This document shows positions 40,382 through 50,220 of a stretch of DNA of 64,000 nt, in pieces. The notes under the pieces were generated by a model. That model did no database searches. It worked only from the letters and a program-made list of their open reading frames with translations, and had not been told where the DNA came from. The position numbers and the translations under genes were made by a program. The stretch is from Candidatus Spechtbacteria bacterium RIFCSPHIGHO2_02_FULL_43_15b (GTDB lineage: Bacteria; Patescibacteriota; Minisyncoccia; Spechtbacterales; HO2-43-30): positions 1,088 through 65,087 of the forward strand of contig MHOE01000013.1 in the NCBI GenBank assembly GCA_001819985.1, written 5' to 3'. Each line of letters starts with the position of its first letter. Within the stretch, counting starts at the first letter, position 1.

Positions 40382-41737
40382 TTATACTTTCCTAAGACGC
40401 TTCTTTATCTCTTTTATAACCTTGCCCATCGGAACTACCTCCTGGCTTCCGCTCTTCATATCTCGAATTATTATGGTGTCTTCCGCAACTTCCTGATGCC
40501 CGAGAATCAAAGCGTATTCCACTCCGATCTTATCCGCCAACTCCATCTGCGCTTTTATCGATGACTTGCCGAACGACTCTCTCACCAATATTCCCGAGGA
40601 TCGAAACTCCTCCATAACTTTAAGCCCTCTCTTTTTCGCAAGATCGCCAAGATGGACAAAGAAAACATGAGGCACCCGCTCTTTCGTAAGTTTCAGCCCA
40701 AGCTTTTTTATCACAGCTACTGTGCGATCAACTCCTATCGCCCCGCCTATCGCGGGAGCTTCTTCTCCTCCGAAAAGCTTTACCAACTCGTCGAATCTTC
40801 CGCCTCCGGCTATTGCCGTCGCTCTTTCTTCCAAACCGTCGGAACGCAACGCGCCGCCATCTTTATTTCGCTCTTCGTTCTGGGACTTTTTTGCCCCGCC
40901 CGGTTCGGATAAAACCGAAAATATTTCAAATACGGTTTTTGTATAGTAATCCAAACCACGGACTAAATGCGAAGACAACGCATAGGGTACCTCCAAAAAA
41001 TCCAAAATCTCAAGCACATCTTTCAAATGGCTATGACATTCCTGACAAAGATAATCCACAATTTCCGGAGCTCCGGCTTTTAATCTTTCGCATTTCTCGT
41101 CTTTGCAATCAAGAACTCGTAAAAGGTTGGTCTTTATCCTTTGTCTGCAATCTTTGCATACGGAGCGTTCCCTTCCGTTATAGTATTCCCTAAGCACTCG
41201 CCTATATGTGGGCTTACATTTCAAGCATCCTATGCTGTTTATCTCTATTCTTAAATCTTTTATTCCCAATGACTGAAAAATTTTATAGAAAACGAATATG
41301 ACCTGCGCGTCCAGCGCAGGTTCAAGCTCTCCTATCGCATCTATTTCAAACTGCCGGAATTCTCTTAATCTTCCGCTCTGCGGCCTTTCGTGTCTAAATA
41401 CAGATCCGTAAGTTGAAAGTTTAACGGGTTGAGACCATGATGCCATTCCGTGCTGTATAAAAGAACGCACAATAGAAGGCGTGAATTCGGGACGCAGTGT
41501 AAGCGGATCGCCTCCCAAACTTTTGAATGAATACATCTGTTTTTCCACTATATCGGAGGTGACACCCGTTCCTTTCTCGAAAAGTTCTGAATACTCGATA
41601 ACTGGCGTGTCGATTCTCTCGTAATCATAATAGGAAGCGAGCTTAAAACATGCGTTTTCAACCATTTCAAAAATTTTCCTGTCTTTCGGCAGGGTATCGG
41701 GCATACCTGTTACATTTTGATATTTAGCTTTTGACAT
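40382..41737 (-). CDS. hisS: Histidine--tRNA ligase
   Basis: LRPEFT; FRHERPQSGRLREF; VRGLDYY; GGGRFD. Confidence 0.97.
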   Translation of the reverse strand: MSKAKYQNVTGMPDTLPKDRKIFEMVENACFKLASYYDYERIDTPVIEYSELFEKGTGVTSDIVEKQMYSFKSLGGDPLTLRPEFTPSIVRSFIQHGMASWSQPVKLSTYGSVFRHERPQSGRLREFRQFEIDAIGELEPALDAQVIFVFYKIFQSLGIKDLRIEINSIGCLKCKPTYRRVLREYYNGRERSVCKDCRQRIKTNLLRVLDCKDEKCERLKAGAPEIVDYLCQECHSHLKDVLEILDFLEVPYALSSHLVRGLDYYTKTVFEIFSVLSEPGGAKKSQNEERNKDGGALRSDGLEERATAIAGGGRFDELVKLFGGEEAPAIGGAIGVDRTVAVIKKLGLKLTKERVPHVFFVHLGDLAKKRGLKVMEEFRSSGILVRESFGKSSIKAQMELADKIGVEYALILGHQEVAEDTIIIRDMKSGSQEVVPMGKVIKEIKKRLRKV

Positions 41738-41783
41738 ACGATAATTTTTCGCGCGTTCGTATTAAATACCCAAATCCATTAAA

Positions 41784-42332
41784 TCAATATTCCGGCTCTT
41801 TTATTATTTCGAAACTGTCGAACGGCCACGCTCTTATCCATGCCTTTCCTATAATAGCGCCGCGTTTCACCGACCCCCAGCTTCTGGAATCCGAACTTGA
41901 ATTCCTATTATCCCCTAAAACAAAATACTCGTCTATCCCAAGTATAGCCTCCATGTCTCCTTGGGTTACTTCATGAAGATACTCCTCCTCCAAAAGTTTT
42001 AGAGAATTGTGATCCTGCCCCACCCACACACTACCGCCTTTTATGCTTATCACTTCTCCGGGCATACCTATTATCCTTTTTATGTAAAACTGTGAAGTGT
42101 TTTGCGGCGGCCTGAAAACCACGACATCTCCTCTCTGCGGCTGGCCGAAATGGTATCCTATTTCGTTTATAATTAAATAATCTCCCCCCTTGAAATTGGG
42201 CTCCATGCTGGCGCCTCTCACAAAAAATGGCTGCATTACAAAATATCTTATAGGCACAATTATAGCTAAAGAGATTAAAACAATCTTAAAAATCTCCCAC
42301 AAAAAAGAAGTTGAACTTTTTATTAAACTCAT
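41784..42332 (-). CDS. lepB: Signal peptidase I
   Basis: GASMEP; YIKRIIG; LGDNRNSSSDSR. Confidence 0.95.
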   Translation of the reverse strand: MSLIKSSTSFLWEIFKIVLISLAIIVPIRYFVMQPFFVRGASMEPNFKGGDYLIINEIGYHFGQPQRGDVVVFRPPQNTSQFYIKRIIGMPGEVISIKGGSVWVGQDHNSLKLLEEEYLHEVTQGDMEAILGIDEYFVLGDNRNSSSDSRSWGSVKRGAIIGKAWIRAWPFDSFEIIKEPEY

Positions 42333-42499
42333 GCAAAGATGATACCACAACATTTAATGATTTGCAATCGCGTATTGTCCGAATCAATATGTTGTTACTC
42401 GTACTATTGCGTAAAATCGTATATGTTGTTTATAATTACTACATTGACACACTAATCAACGAATTTATCATATTTATTAAAAACTGTTTAGCTAAAATT

Positions 42500-43393
42500 A
42501 TGCCAGATCCCAATGCTGAAAATTTTAGACCGGAAAAGTCCGATGCGGAATCAAACACCGAACTTCCAGAAACGCAATCGCCCCTCGAAAAATATGAGGC
42601 GCTTATCAAGCGACTTATTTTGAAATTCGGCGGAGAAGGCGCGTTGGATTTAGTCCGAAAAGCCAAAGCTGAAGTCCAAAAAATACAAGATAAACTGCGA
42701 AAATCAAAAACTGATGGAGAAAAAATGACTCCCGAAGAAATCACGCAAGAATCCGACATTACTGAAGGAGAACTAGATATTCCAGAAACAGATAGAGTGC
42801 CCGACACGCTATTTTCGCATGGCACTTCGGGCGAATCAAGCATAACAAACGAACAATTCTTGAATATTTTAGAAATGATAAACCGTGCCAAAGCCCGACA
42901 AAAACCGCCATTGCCCGAAGGACTCACCCAATCTCATGAAAATGCTTCTGCTACGGAAAAACCCGAAAAAAAACAGGAAGATCCTGAACGATTTTTATCA
43001 GAAGGCGCGGCTCAATTATCTCCAGAAACATCAGAAAGGAACAGCCTCGAAGCGATAAAAGGCAATTTAGCTAGAGGCGCTAAAACCCTCGCGATATTAG
43101 GGTTAAAACCTTTCGATGCCTTAGGTGCTATAATTGACACAAAACTATTCGAACGACAGCAGACGCGTTTATACCAAAAAATATCAGAAACAGAGAACTT
43201 GCTTCACCGCCTTGAAACTCTTTCCCCCGCTAAAATAGAAGCCGAACATATAAGAGCTCTCCGGGAGAAACTGGGCGAAAGATTGAACGAGCTCAACCAG
43301 AAAAGGGACGCTCAAATTAGACATTTCTCTGGTCTCACAACCGCGAGGCGCATTATCCAATCACTCAAAACCGAAGAACCGAAGATTAAATAA
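42500..43393 (+). CDS. Hypothetical acidic/coiled-coil protein
   Basis: Likely start MPDPNAE; upstream ORF extension is AT-rich promoter sequence (TTGACA at ~42445). Confidence 0.65.
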   Translation: MPDPNAENFRPEKSDAESNTELPETQSPLEKYEALIKRLILKFGGEGALDLVRKAKAEVQKIQDKLRKSKTDGEKMTPEEITQESDITEGELDIPETDRVPDTLFSHGTSGESSITNEQFLNILEMINRAKARQKPPLPEGLTQSHENASATEKPEKKQEDPERFLSEGAAQLSPETSERNSLEAIKGNLARGAKTLAILGLKPFDALGAIIDTKLFERQQTRLYQKISETENLLHRLETLSPAKIEAEHIRALREKLGERLNELNQKRDAQIRHFSGLTTARRIIQSLKTEEPKIK

Positions 43394-43395
43394 AC

Positions 43396-43629
43396 ATGAC
43401 AACCGCAGAACAACTTAAAAAAATAATAGACGAACTTGAACTTTCAAACGCTGGAAGAAAAAAAGCCAACGAAATTTTTGCGATGATGGAAAAAAGGGGG
43501 ATGCTCCGCGAACAGGAAAAACAAATGCTTTTGGATCTAATAGATGCCGAAATGTTTTTGGGAGCCCTTCAAATAAAAGCCATAGACGCCAATATAGAAG
43601 AGATAACAAAAGTCCTGTCTCGCGCCTAA
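43396..43629 (+). CDS. Small hypothetical helical protein
   Basis: Starts 2 nt after the previous stop; protein-like composition. Confidence 0.6.
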   Translation: MTTAEQLKKIIDELELSNAGRKKANEIFAMMEKRGMLREQEKQMLLDLIDAEMFLGALQIKAIDANIEEITKVLSRA

Positions 43630-43644
43630 CAGGCATTTCTATAT

Positions 43645-44658
43645 TCAAGCGGACGCTTTTTTTGTCCTCATCTCGACCGCGCCAACTATACTAAGATATG
43701 CCAGGTCTTTTTTAAGCACTCCGAGTTCCATACCCCGCTTCTTTTTCTCTTCCAAAATATCCTCAAATATCCGCTTTAATTTTTCCGCGGATCTAAAAAG
43801 TGTCTCATTTTTTTCGTCCCCCCTTAATTCTTCGGCAATTCTGATTACTTGAGCCAATATTTCGTTAATGTACACAAGCTGAATCGGGTCATTCTGCGCT
43901 TCAATAAAAAGCTCATCGTATTTTTTTTGCAAAGTATCCTTTAATCCCTTATCCACTGCCACATCGATTGATTTCTCCAACCTTATCATTTGAGCTTGCC
44001 TATCAAAAAACGCGTCAGCGTTAGCGCCGTCAATCCCTATCGCAACCGGAATTACGCCTTGAATTTCACCCTTAAAATTACTACCTTGAATCTGGCTAGC
44101 GAAAAATTCAACTTTTGCTCCGCCATTTTTTATTTTCAAAAAATTTCGAAAAATTTTTCTGTGTACCGTACTCGCTTTCAGCGATACATCTATGGAAAGA
44201 GCGATTTTATCGCCGTCTTCCGAGTCGAATTCAACGACAACATCCACGCCGTTTTTCAAATCGTCGTATTCTGTAGTTCGAATTGCGTACGCATTTTCTC
44301 CAAACCAATTGCCCATTTCTATATTTTCTCGGACAAGCGTTTCCAGCGCTTTATTTCTTAATTCCCCGCGAATCATCGCTTTGCGGACTTTTTCACGCTC
44401 TTTCTCGCGTAAATCTGGATCTTGGATATCTTTTACCGCATTATCAACATCCTTCTTGAATTGCTCGACAAAACCCGCTTTAATATTTAATTGATCTCTA
44501 ATTGCCGCGTCTATTCTTTCATCTCCATAAACATCTCTGAAATTTTCTACACTCAATCTACGCCCGAGTTCGTGCGCTATTATCAAATCTACATTTCCCT
44601 CCGAGCTTATCGGATAGTCCTCGGTTTTTATAGGTCCTTTCTCTATTTTATCTGCCAT
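43645..44658 (-). CDS. Hypothetical protein, possible PD-(D/E)xK-like fold
   Basis: TEYDDLKNGVDVVVEF...IALSIDVS. Confidence 0.6.
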   Translation of the reverse strand: MADKIEKGPIKTEDYPISSEGNVDLIIAHELGRRLSVENFRDVYGDERIDAAIRDQLNIKAGFVEQFKKDVDNAVKDIQDPDLREKEREKVRKAMIRGELRNKALETLVRENIEMGNWFGENAYAIRTTEYDDLKNGVDVVVEFDSEDGDKIALSIDVSLKASTVHRKIFRNFLKIKNGGAKVEFFASQIQGSNFKGEIQGVIPVAIGIDGANADAFFDRQAQMIRLEKSIDVAVDKGLKDTLQKKYDELFIEAQNDPIQLVYINEILAQVIRIAEELRGDEKNETLFRSAEKLKRIFEDILEEKKKRGMELGVLKKDLAYLSIVGAVEMRTKKASA

Positions 44659-44775
44659 AGTAAATTTCACAATTGTAGTTATTTAATAATCTTCGTTACA
44701 AAACTTGCGCCTTACCCCTTCTGTCGCCTTACTTATTTTTATACGACCCTCCGCGAAGCGCTCATTGAAAAACGG

Positions 44776-47310
44776 CTAAACACCCTCTAATAATGTCCCG
44801 AACCTGTCCATAATCTCCTGCTCTACCATATTCCTCGGCCTTCCGTACTTTAACTTTGAAATCTTTTTTATCGGCTCGATGATACTCGGGTCTCCCTGTT
44901 TTGGTTTTAGGGTCTCGACTCTGAACGGCGGATAAACTTTATTGTTCATCATAAGCTTCAAAACGAGCCGGAAATTATCGAGGTTGACAAGATCAAATCG
45001 AGAAAATTCCGGCTGGAATTGTTTCTCCAAAAACTCCGCGTCGCTCGCGCCTATGCGGAAAGCTCCGATTGTGCCCACATTACCAAGCACCGCGTTTTTT
45101 ATATCTTCCTCTAATTGGGGTATGTATTGGTGAGCTAAAATAAGATTTAACCGATATTTTCTTGCTTCCGAAAGAATAGTAGCTATGCTATCCGTGGAAA
45201 AATTCTGGAATTCGTCCAGATACAGATAAAAATCCCGCCTTTGCTCTTCCGGAATCTTACCTCTCCTCATAGCGGCCATCTGAATTTTAGAAACAAGAAT
45301 AAGCCCGAGCAATGAACTGTTAACTTCGCCAGTCGCGCCCTTAGAAAGATTCGCGAGAAAGATTTTTCCTTCATCCATCAGCTGGGCAAGATTGAATGAC
45401 GACTTCTGCTGGCCTATGATATTGCGCATCATCTCATTTTCTATAAACCTTCCGATTTTTGAGACAACATAACCCAGCATATCGGATCTCGTGTTGCCGG
45501 TTGTCTGCTTCCATTCTTTAATCCAGAAATTTCTAACCACGGGATCTTCCACCCTTCTTAATCTTTCTTCCATAAACTCGGAGTCGGTAAACATACGGGG
45601 AATTTCAAGGAGAGTCCCGGGATTTGCCTTGTCCGCCATTAACGCTAGCATCGCGTTCCTCATATAATGCTCGAACATAGGCCCTATCATTTCAGGCGGA
45701 AAAAGTTTTTGGAAAATCGCAACCATCTCCTGAACCGCGAAGTCCTTCTGCTCTGGAGTTTCATATTCAAGCATATTTAGCCCCATCGGCCGATCGCCAT
45801 CAAACGGCTCGAAGAGCACCACATCTTCTACTCTTTCCTTCGGAATATTGGAAAGTATATGCTCCACTAAATCTCCATGGGGATCAACGACCCCTACTCC
45901 CTCGCCATTTTGGATGTCTTGCCTTATCAATTCTTCCAATAAACTGGATTTTCCCGTACCGGTCTGACCTATTACATAAAAATGTCTTCGCCGATCATTC
46001 CTTGAAAGAAATGCGACTTCCCTGTCATCGCCCCTGAAATTAACCCTGCCAATCACGGGGAACTTGCCTTCTTGCTTGCCTTCGGATATTTCCTGCGGAG
46101 GAGGCGCTGATTCCGTTGCTTTTGCCATCCTGATATACGGCGTCTCGATAAATCTTGTCGGGAAATGATAAACGCTTGTCAATTCCTCTATATTAAGAAT
46201 GTTGCTTTCAGCTGGAGTGAAATTCCTAAAGCTAAAGTTATAAAGAAACTTTTTGAGCTGGCCTTTTTTCTTGACTGTCTTAGCTTCAAAACCATTTAAG
46301 GAATAAAGCGAGAACTGACTGAAACTGTTTAAAAGATGCTCCAGTATTTCTTCGGATCTCTCCTTGGTCTTTGAAGACGCTACCAACCGTATATTCGCCA
46401 TAAATACCTGCTTCTCAAACTTGTCCTGAATTTTCTGAACAGTTCTGTCGTCAACCACCTGAATCGGCATTGTAGGTGTCATACTGTCCCTATAATCCTT
46501 TTGCTCATCGTTGGGACTCGCCATTCCTATATAACTCATAATATTAACGCTGGATTGTTTCTTGAAATTTTGGCGATTGTCTTTTGGTTTCTTTGAAGAA
46601 ATCCCGCCGATGCCGGATTTCAACGATTCGGCCGCCGCAACCTCGGCTGTGCTTCCACCTTTTATCTTCGCGATAACATTGTATCCTATGTTTTTCCATT
46701 TCTTCTGCGGATACGGGCTTATAACAACCTGTATCGCGGCTCCTTCATCCGCCGCTATTTTGCTTAACGCGTTTGTAATTGTCGCAAGCGGGTCTTTGTC
46801 CAGATTTTCATAAGTATTTATAGGAAATACGGGATAATTTTCAAGCTTGAAATATGCTCCAACACTCACTCCGCCCCTCTCAAAAATAGTGTAATCCTGC
46901 GGCATTTCTTCCACTATTGCCCGCGGATACACGCCGTGGACAAATTTTTCAAATCCGCTTCTCATATATCTTGGGACCGCAACATAAAACTCAATATCGC
47001 TTCCTCCGGTTTGAGAAGCTATCTCGAACGCTACCCGCGGAGTTTCGCTTGTAAATTTCTTGAAAAAACTCGGCTCTCTAAGATGAAGGAAGCCCGTAAA
47101 AATTTGCTGCATATCGCCTATAAGCTCTTTCTCCTGCCTCTTCATAATATCTTCGTCGCCGAAATCGTACTTAGGCATCAATACTAGAAACAGAGCCATA
47201 TCAAAGCTTGAGATAATTTTTCCTTTTTCGCTTACCCTCCTCAAAAAAAACAAAAATGCGCCCGCGAAAAACAGGATTATTGCAAAAAATATTGTAAACC
47301 AGTTTATCAA
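44776..47310 (-). CDS. VirD4/TrwB/HerA-like P-loop ATPase (T4SS coupling-protein-like)
   Basis: N-terminal TM; RRHFYVIGQTGTGKS; VDPHGDL; LYLDEFQNF; SEARKYRL..AHQY. Confidence 0.88.
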   Translation of the reverse strand: MINWFTIFFAIILFFAGAFLFFLRRVSEKGKIISSFDMALFLVLMPKYDFGDEDIMKRQEKELIGDMQQIFTGFLHLREPSFFKKFTSETPRVAFEIASQTGGSDIEFYVAVPRYMRSGFEKFVHGVYPRAIVEEMPQDYTIFERGGVSVGAYFKLENYPVFPINTYENLDKDPLATITNALSKIAADEGAAIQVVISPYPQKKWKNIGYNVIAKIKGGSTAEVAAAESLKSGIGGISSKKPKDNRQNFKKQSSVNIMSYIGMASPNDEQKDYRDSMTPTMPIQVVDDRTVQKIQDKFEKQVFMANIRLVASSKTKERSEEILEHLLNSFSQFSLYSLNGFEAKTVKKKGQLKKFLYNFSFRNFTPAESNILNIEELTSVYHFPTRFIETPYIRMAKATESAPPPQEISEGKQEGKFPVIGRVNFRGDDREVAFLSRNDRRRHFYVIGQTGTGKSSLLEELIRQDIQNGEGVGVVDPHGDLVEHILSNIPKERVEDVVLFEPFDGDRPMGLNMLEYETPEQKDFAVQEMVAIFQKLFPPEMIGPMFEHYMRNAMLALMADKANPGTLLEIPRMFTDSEFMEERLRRVEDPVVRNFWIKEWKQTTGNTRSDMLGYVVSKIGRFIENEMMRNIIGQQKSSFNLAQLMDEGKIFLANLSKGATGEVNSSLLGLILVSKIQMAAMRRGKIPEEQRRDFYLYLDEFQNFSTDSIATILSEARKYRLNLILAHQYIPQLEEDIKNAVLGNVGTIGAFRIGASDAEFLEKQFQPEFSRFDLVNLDNFRLVLKLMMNNKVYPPFRVETLKPKQGDPSIIEPIKKISKLKYGRPRNMVEQEIMDRFGTLLEGV

Positions 47311-47336
47311 GACATTAGAAAAAATAGTAAACAGGA

Positions 47337-47750
47337 TTATCTTTCAAATTTCTTGTAATTTTCGTCCTTAGCCAAAATGTCGTGCAATTTGTCCTCCACA
47401 TACGGATCCCCAAGAGCGCGCGCCAATTTTACCGCGAAAACAACTCCTTTTTCTTTTGTTATATCGAAAATTCTCTTAACTCTGCCGTCGGAATCTAGTT
47501 TTTCTATTTTTAACTTTTCTTTTCTTACTTCCTCCTCTTCTTCCGGGCTTAACTGCTTATCATCGGACTTTTGGGACAATCTCTCCCGTTCCATTTGTAT
47601 TTCCGAAGAGCCCGTCATTTCTTGCCGCTCCTTAAATTCGCCCCCCTTTTCCGCGTTATCTCGCGTTTCGGGCTTATATCCTTCCTGCCCATATCCCTCG
47701 TTTCCGGCCAGCTCTTTATTCTCTTTTCCTTTTGATATATCCTCTGCCAT
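47337..47750 (-). CDS. Conserved hypothetical protein upstream of the ATPase
   Basis: Acidic N-terminus; EKGVVFAVKLAR..DPYVEDKLHDIL. Confidence 0.7.
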   Translation of the reverse strand: MAEDISKGKENKELAGNEGYGQEGYKPETRDNAEKGGEFKERQEMTGSSEIQMERERLSQKSDDKQLSPEEEEEVRKEKLKIEKLDSDGRVKRIFDITKEKGVVFAVKLARALGDPYVEDKLHDILAKDENYKKFER

Positions 47751-47859
47751 ACGCTCGCATTATACCCTCCTTATCATTCGCTGGTCAATTCTCATAGTTT
47801 TAATTGAGGGCTGGATCTCCTTTTCCATTCCTCGGTCAATTGCTATCATATAGTCAGTT

Positions 47860-48963
47860 ATGAGAATTTTAATATCGGTAATAATACTATCCGCAATCGC
47901 CCTTCTCGGAATAAGCACTTTTTCCGGTGTTTTGTATCAGCGCGGAATTATATACATAGGCGATATTCCTAAAACATCCCCCGAGGCGTCCAGCGCGAAA
48001 TTGACATTTGTGAAAAAAACTCTTGATACCATCCTTTCCGGAACGCAAAATGTCGAGAATCAGCAAATAATCCTAAAGGGCGAGGATACCGACCAAATCA
48101 ATTTCTTATTCCTCGGTATAGGGGGCGAAGAGCATGTAAGCGGAAAATATTTGACAGATACTATAATAGTAGGGGTATTCATTCCCTCGAATAAAAAAAC
48201 CGCTTTTATTTCGATACCGCGCGATCTTCTTGTGCTTTCGCCGAACGGCGGGGGCTATACTAGGATAAATGCCCTGTATGCCATGCCGCCAAAAGGCGAA
48301 CCCGAAGACAAGGGATCTCCGGGATCTAGGGGAGTGGAACACACAAAAAAAACAATAGCCGCTATCACCGGAATTCAAGCTGACTATTACGCGATAATAG
48401 ACCTTGAAGGTGTAGAGGAAATAGTCAGCATACTTGGCGGCATAAATATCGCTCAAAATTACAACTTAAAGGACTCCCGATTTCCGGACAAAAATTACGG
48501 ATATGAGATCTACGAGATTAAAGAGGGTTGGCGTTATATGAACGGCGAAGACGCGGTAAAGTACATCCGCACGCGGCATACCCAAGGCGGGGACTTCGAT
48601 AGAATGAAGAGACAGCAGGAAGTCGCAATGGCTATAAAAAACAAAATTGACGGATTAAAATCGTTATCCGGCCTGCCCAAAGTCCTTTCCCTATACGAAG
48701 CCATACAGGATCATTTTACTACGAACCTCAAATTCAACGAGATTATGCGACTTATGGATTTGGCCGAAGGCGCGAATGATAGTAGTATAATACTCGAGAG
48801 AATAACCGCCGAACAAGGAGATGTTTTGAAATATGATAGTATAATATGGAATGGGATAAGAGCGTCGGTCTTATCGCCCAAAGCCGGCAGAGAGGAATAT
48901 TCCGAGATAAAAGATAAAATAGAAACTATAGTAACGAACCTTAAATCAGCCGATACCGAGTAA
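47860..48963 (+). CDS. LytR-CpsA-Psr (LCP) family protein
   Basis: NFLFLGIGG; LTDTII; SIPRDL; RINA; YIRTR...DFDRMKRQQ. Confidence 0.93.
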   Translation: MRILISVIILSAIALLGISTFSGVLYQRGIIYIGDIPKTSPEASSAKLTFVKKTLDTILSGTQNVENQQIILKGEDTDQINFLFLGIGGEEHVSGKYLTDTIIVGVFIPSNKKTAFISIPRDLLVLSPNGGGYTRINALYAMPPKGEPEDKGSPGSRGVEHTKKTIAAITGIQADYYAIIDLEGVEEIVSILGGINIAQNYNLKDSRFPDKNYGYEIYEIKEGWRYMNGEDAVKYIRTRHTQGGDFDRMKRQQEVAMAIKNKIDGLKSLSGLPKVLSLYEAIQDHFTTNLKFNEIMRLMDLAEGANDSSIILERITAEQGDVLKYDSIIWNGIRASVLSPKAGREEYSEIKDKIETIVTNLKSADTE

Positions 48964-48984
48964 TAGTCATTAAAATATTTGAGA

Positions 48985-49027
48985 AAAACAAATCCCCGTC
49001 CATTGCATTCGCAAAACGGACGGGGAT
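48985..49027 (-). terminator. Intrinsic terminator hairpin
   Basis: atccccgtcc (48992-49001) / ggacggggat (49018-49027) followed by a U-rich tract on the minus strand. Confidence 0.7.
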
Positions 49028-49030
49028 AAT

Positions 49031-49180
49031 TTACTTCTTAGCGACGGTTCCCGCCGCCTTCCCCTCCTTCCCCTTCTTCCCCTTCTTCTTACTCTTCTTG
49101 AGTAAGGGGGAGCTGGAACTACTGCGAGGCGCGCAGGTTTCGCACCCGCAGTGCCCCCCTATAGCATTCTTCATTGCCAT
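49031..49180 (-). CDS. 49-aa microprotein with HCxCxxC motif and Lys-rich tail (not in ORF track)
   Basis: MAMKNAIGGHCGCETCAPRSSSSSPLLKKSKKKGKKGKEGKAAGTVAKK; SD AAGGAGGT; promoter and terminator present. Confidence 0.72.
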   Translation of the reverse strand: MAMKNAIGGHCGCETCAPRSSSSSPLLKKSKKKGKKGKEGKAAGTVAKK

Positions 49181-49234
49181 AGTAGAACACCTCCTTCTTG
49201 TTTACTAAAGATAACCCTAGCTTAACGCATATCA

Positions 49235-49855
49235 ATGAAAAAGTCAATACCAAAACCCGAAACTTTACTTATTATAGGACTTGGCAATCCCGGAGCCAAA
49301 TACCGAGGCACTCCACACAATGCCGGATTTTTGGCTATAGAACTGCTGTCTAAACTATGGAATGCCGAATTTCATCAGGAAAACAAATCGAATTCGGAAA
49401 TCGCGGAGGTAAAAATTTATGATAAACAAATAATCCTTGTAAAACCCGCTACTTTTATGAATAACTCCGGACAAGCTGTCGCGGCGTTAACTAAAACCTA
49501 TGGCCTCGATCCTCAAACTTCCGTCTGGCTCGTCCACGACGATGCGGATCTCGAACTCGGAAAAATTAAAATCGTCAGGAATCGGGGTTCCGCCGGACAT
49601 AAAGGAGTTGAGGATGTCATACGAAAACTTCAAACTAAAGATTTCGCGAGATTTAGAATAGGAATAATGGCAAAGCATCTTTCGCAGAACCGTTCAAAAT
49701 CAATTATGAATAAATTCGTGGTTTCCGGATTGAATAAAGAAGATGAAAAAATTTTTAAAAAATCGCTTGAAACCGCGAAAGACGCTGTTTTATTCGCTCT
49801 TGAAAACGGACTTGAGAAAACCGCGAGCATCTACAACCGCCAGAAAAAATCCTAG
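49235..49855 (+). CDS. pth: Peptidyl-tRNA hydrolase
   Basis: IGLGNPG..Y..TPHNAGF; KPATFMNNSG; HDDADL; GSAGHKG. Confidence 0.96.
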   Translation: MKKSIPKPETLLIIGLGNPGAKYRGTPHNAGFLAIELLSKLWNAEFHQENKSNSEIAEVKIYDKQIILVKPATFMNNSGQAVAALTKTYGLDPQTSVWLVHDDADLELGKIKIVRNRGSAGHKGVEDVIRKLQTKDFARFRIGIMAKHLSQNRSKSIMNKFVVSGLNKEDEKIFKKSLETAKDAVLFALENGLEKTASIYNRQKKS

Positions 49856-49984
49856 GCAAATAAATTTCGCGAACTTACAAAAAACCTCCCTATATCGCAT
49901 GGGAGGCGCGTCTTATACGGATTTACGAGACGCAAAACGGATGATGTTTGAAATCGAAAACGCCGAGCGTAAAATGCCTCGAAA

Positions 49985-50174
49985 CGCCCATTACACTACC
50001 TGCGAACCTTTCTGGTCAATATGAGTAAAATACCCAGCATGCCAAGAAAAGACGCTACTTAACCGAGCTGAAGGAGGGGTTGCCCAGAGTTCGCTATCGC
50101 TCCTCAATAACACTCGAATGCCGACAAAAAAATCGAAGGATATTGAGGAGCGACCGCAGGTAGTATGATAGGCG
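49985..50174 (-). ncRNA. Candidate structured RNA (three-way junction)
   Basis: 20-bp closing stem, 13-bp perfect inner stem, flanking minus-strand promoter and terminator. Confidence 0.45.
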
Positions 50175-50220
50175 CTCGCATTGAAATTGTCCGTATAACA
50201 ATGTAACATATATAAAATCA

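Noticed and set aside
40830-40915. Charged insertion in HisS as an intein or mobile insert
   Set aside because: Only ~25 aa, no intein motifs; a variable surface loop
49055-49100. ccttc/cttc low-complexity run as a tandem repeat or CRISPR
   Set aside because: It is the Lys/Gly codon run of the 49-aa microprotein; no repeat-spacer structure noticed anywhere in the window
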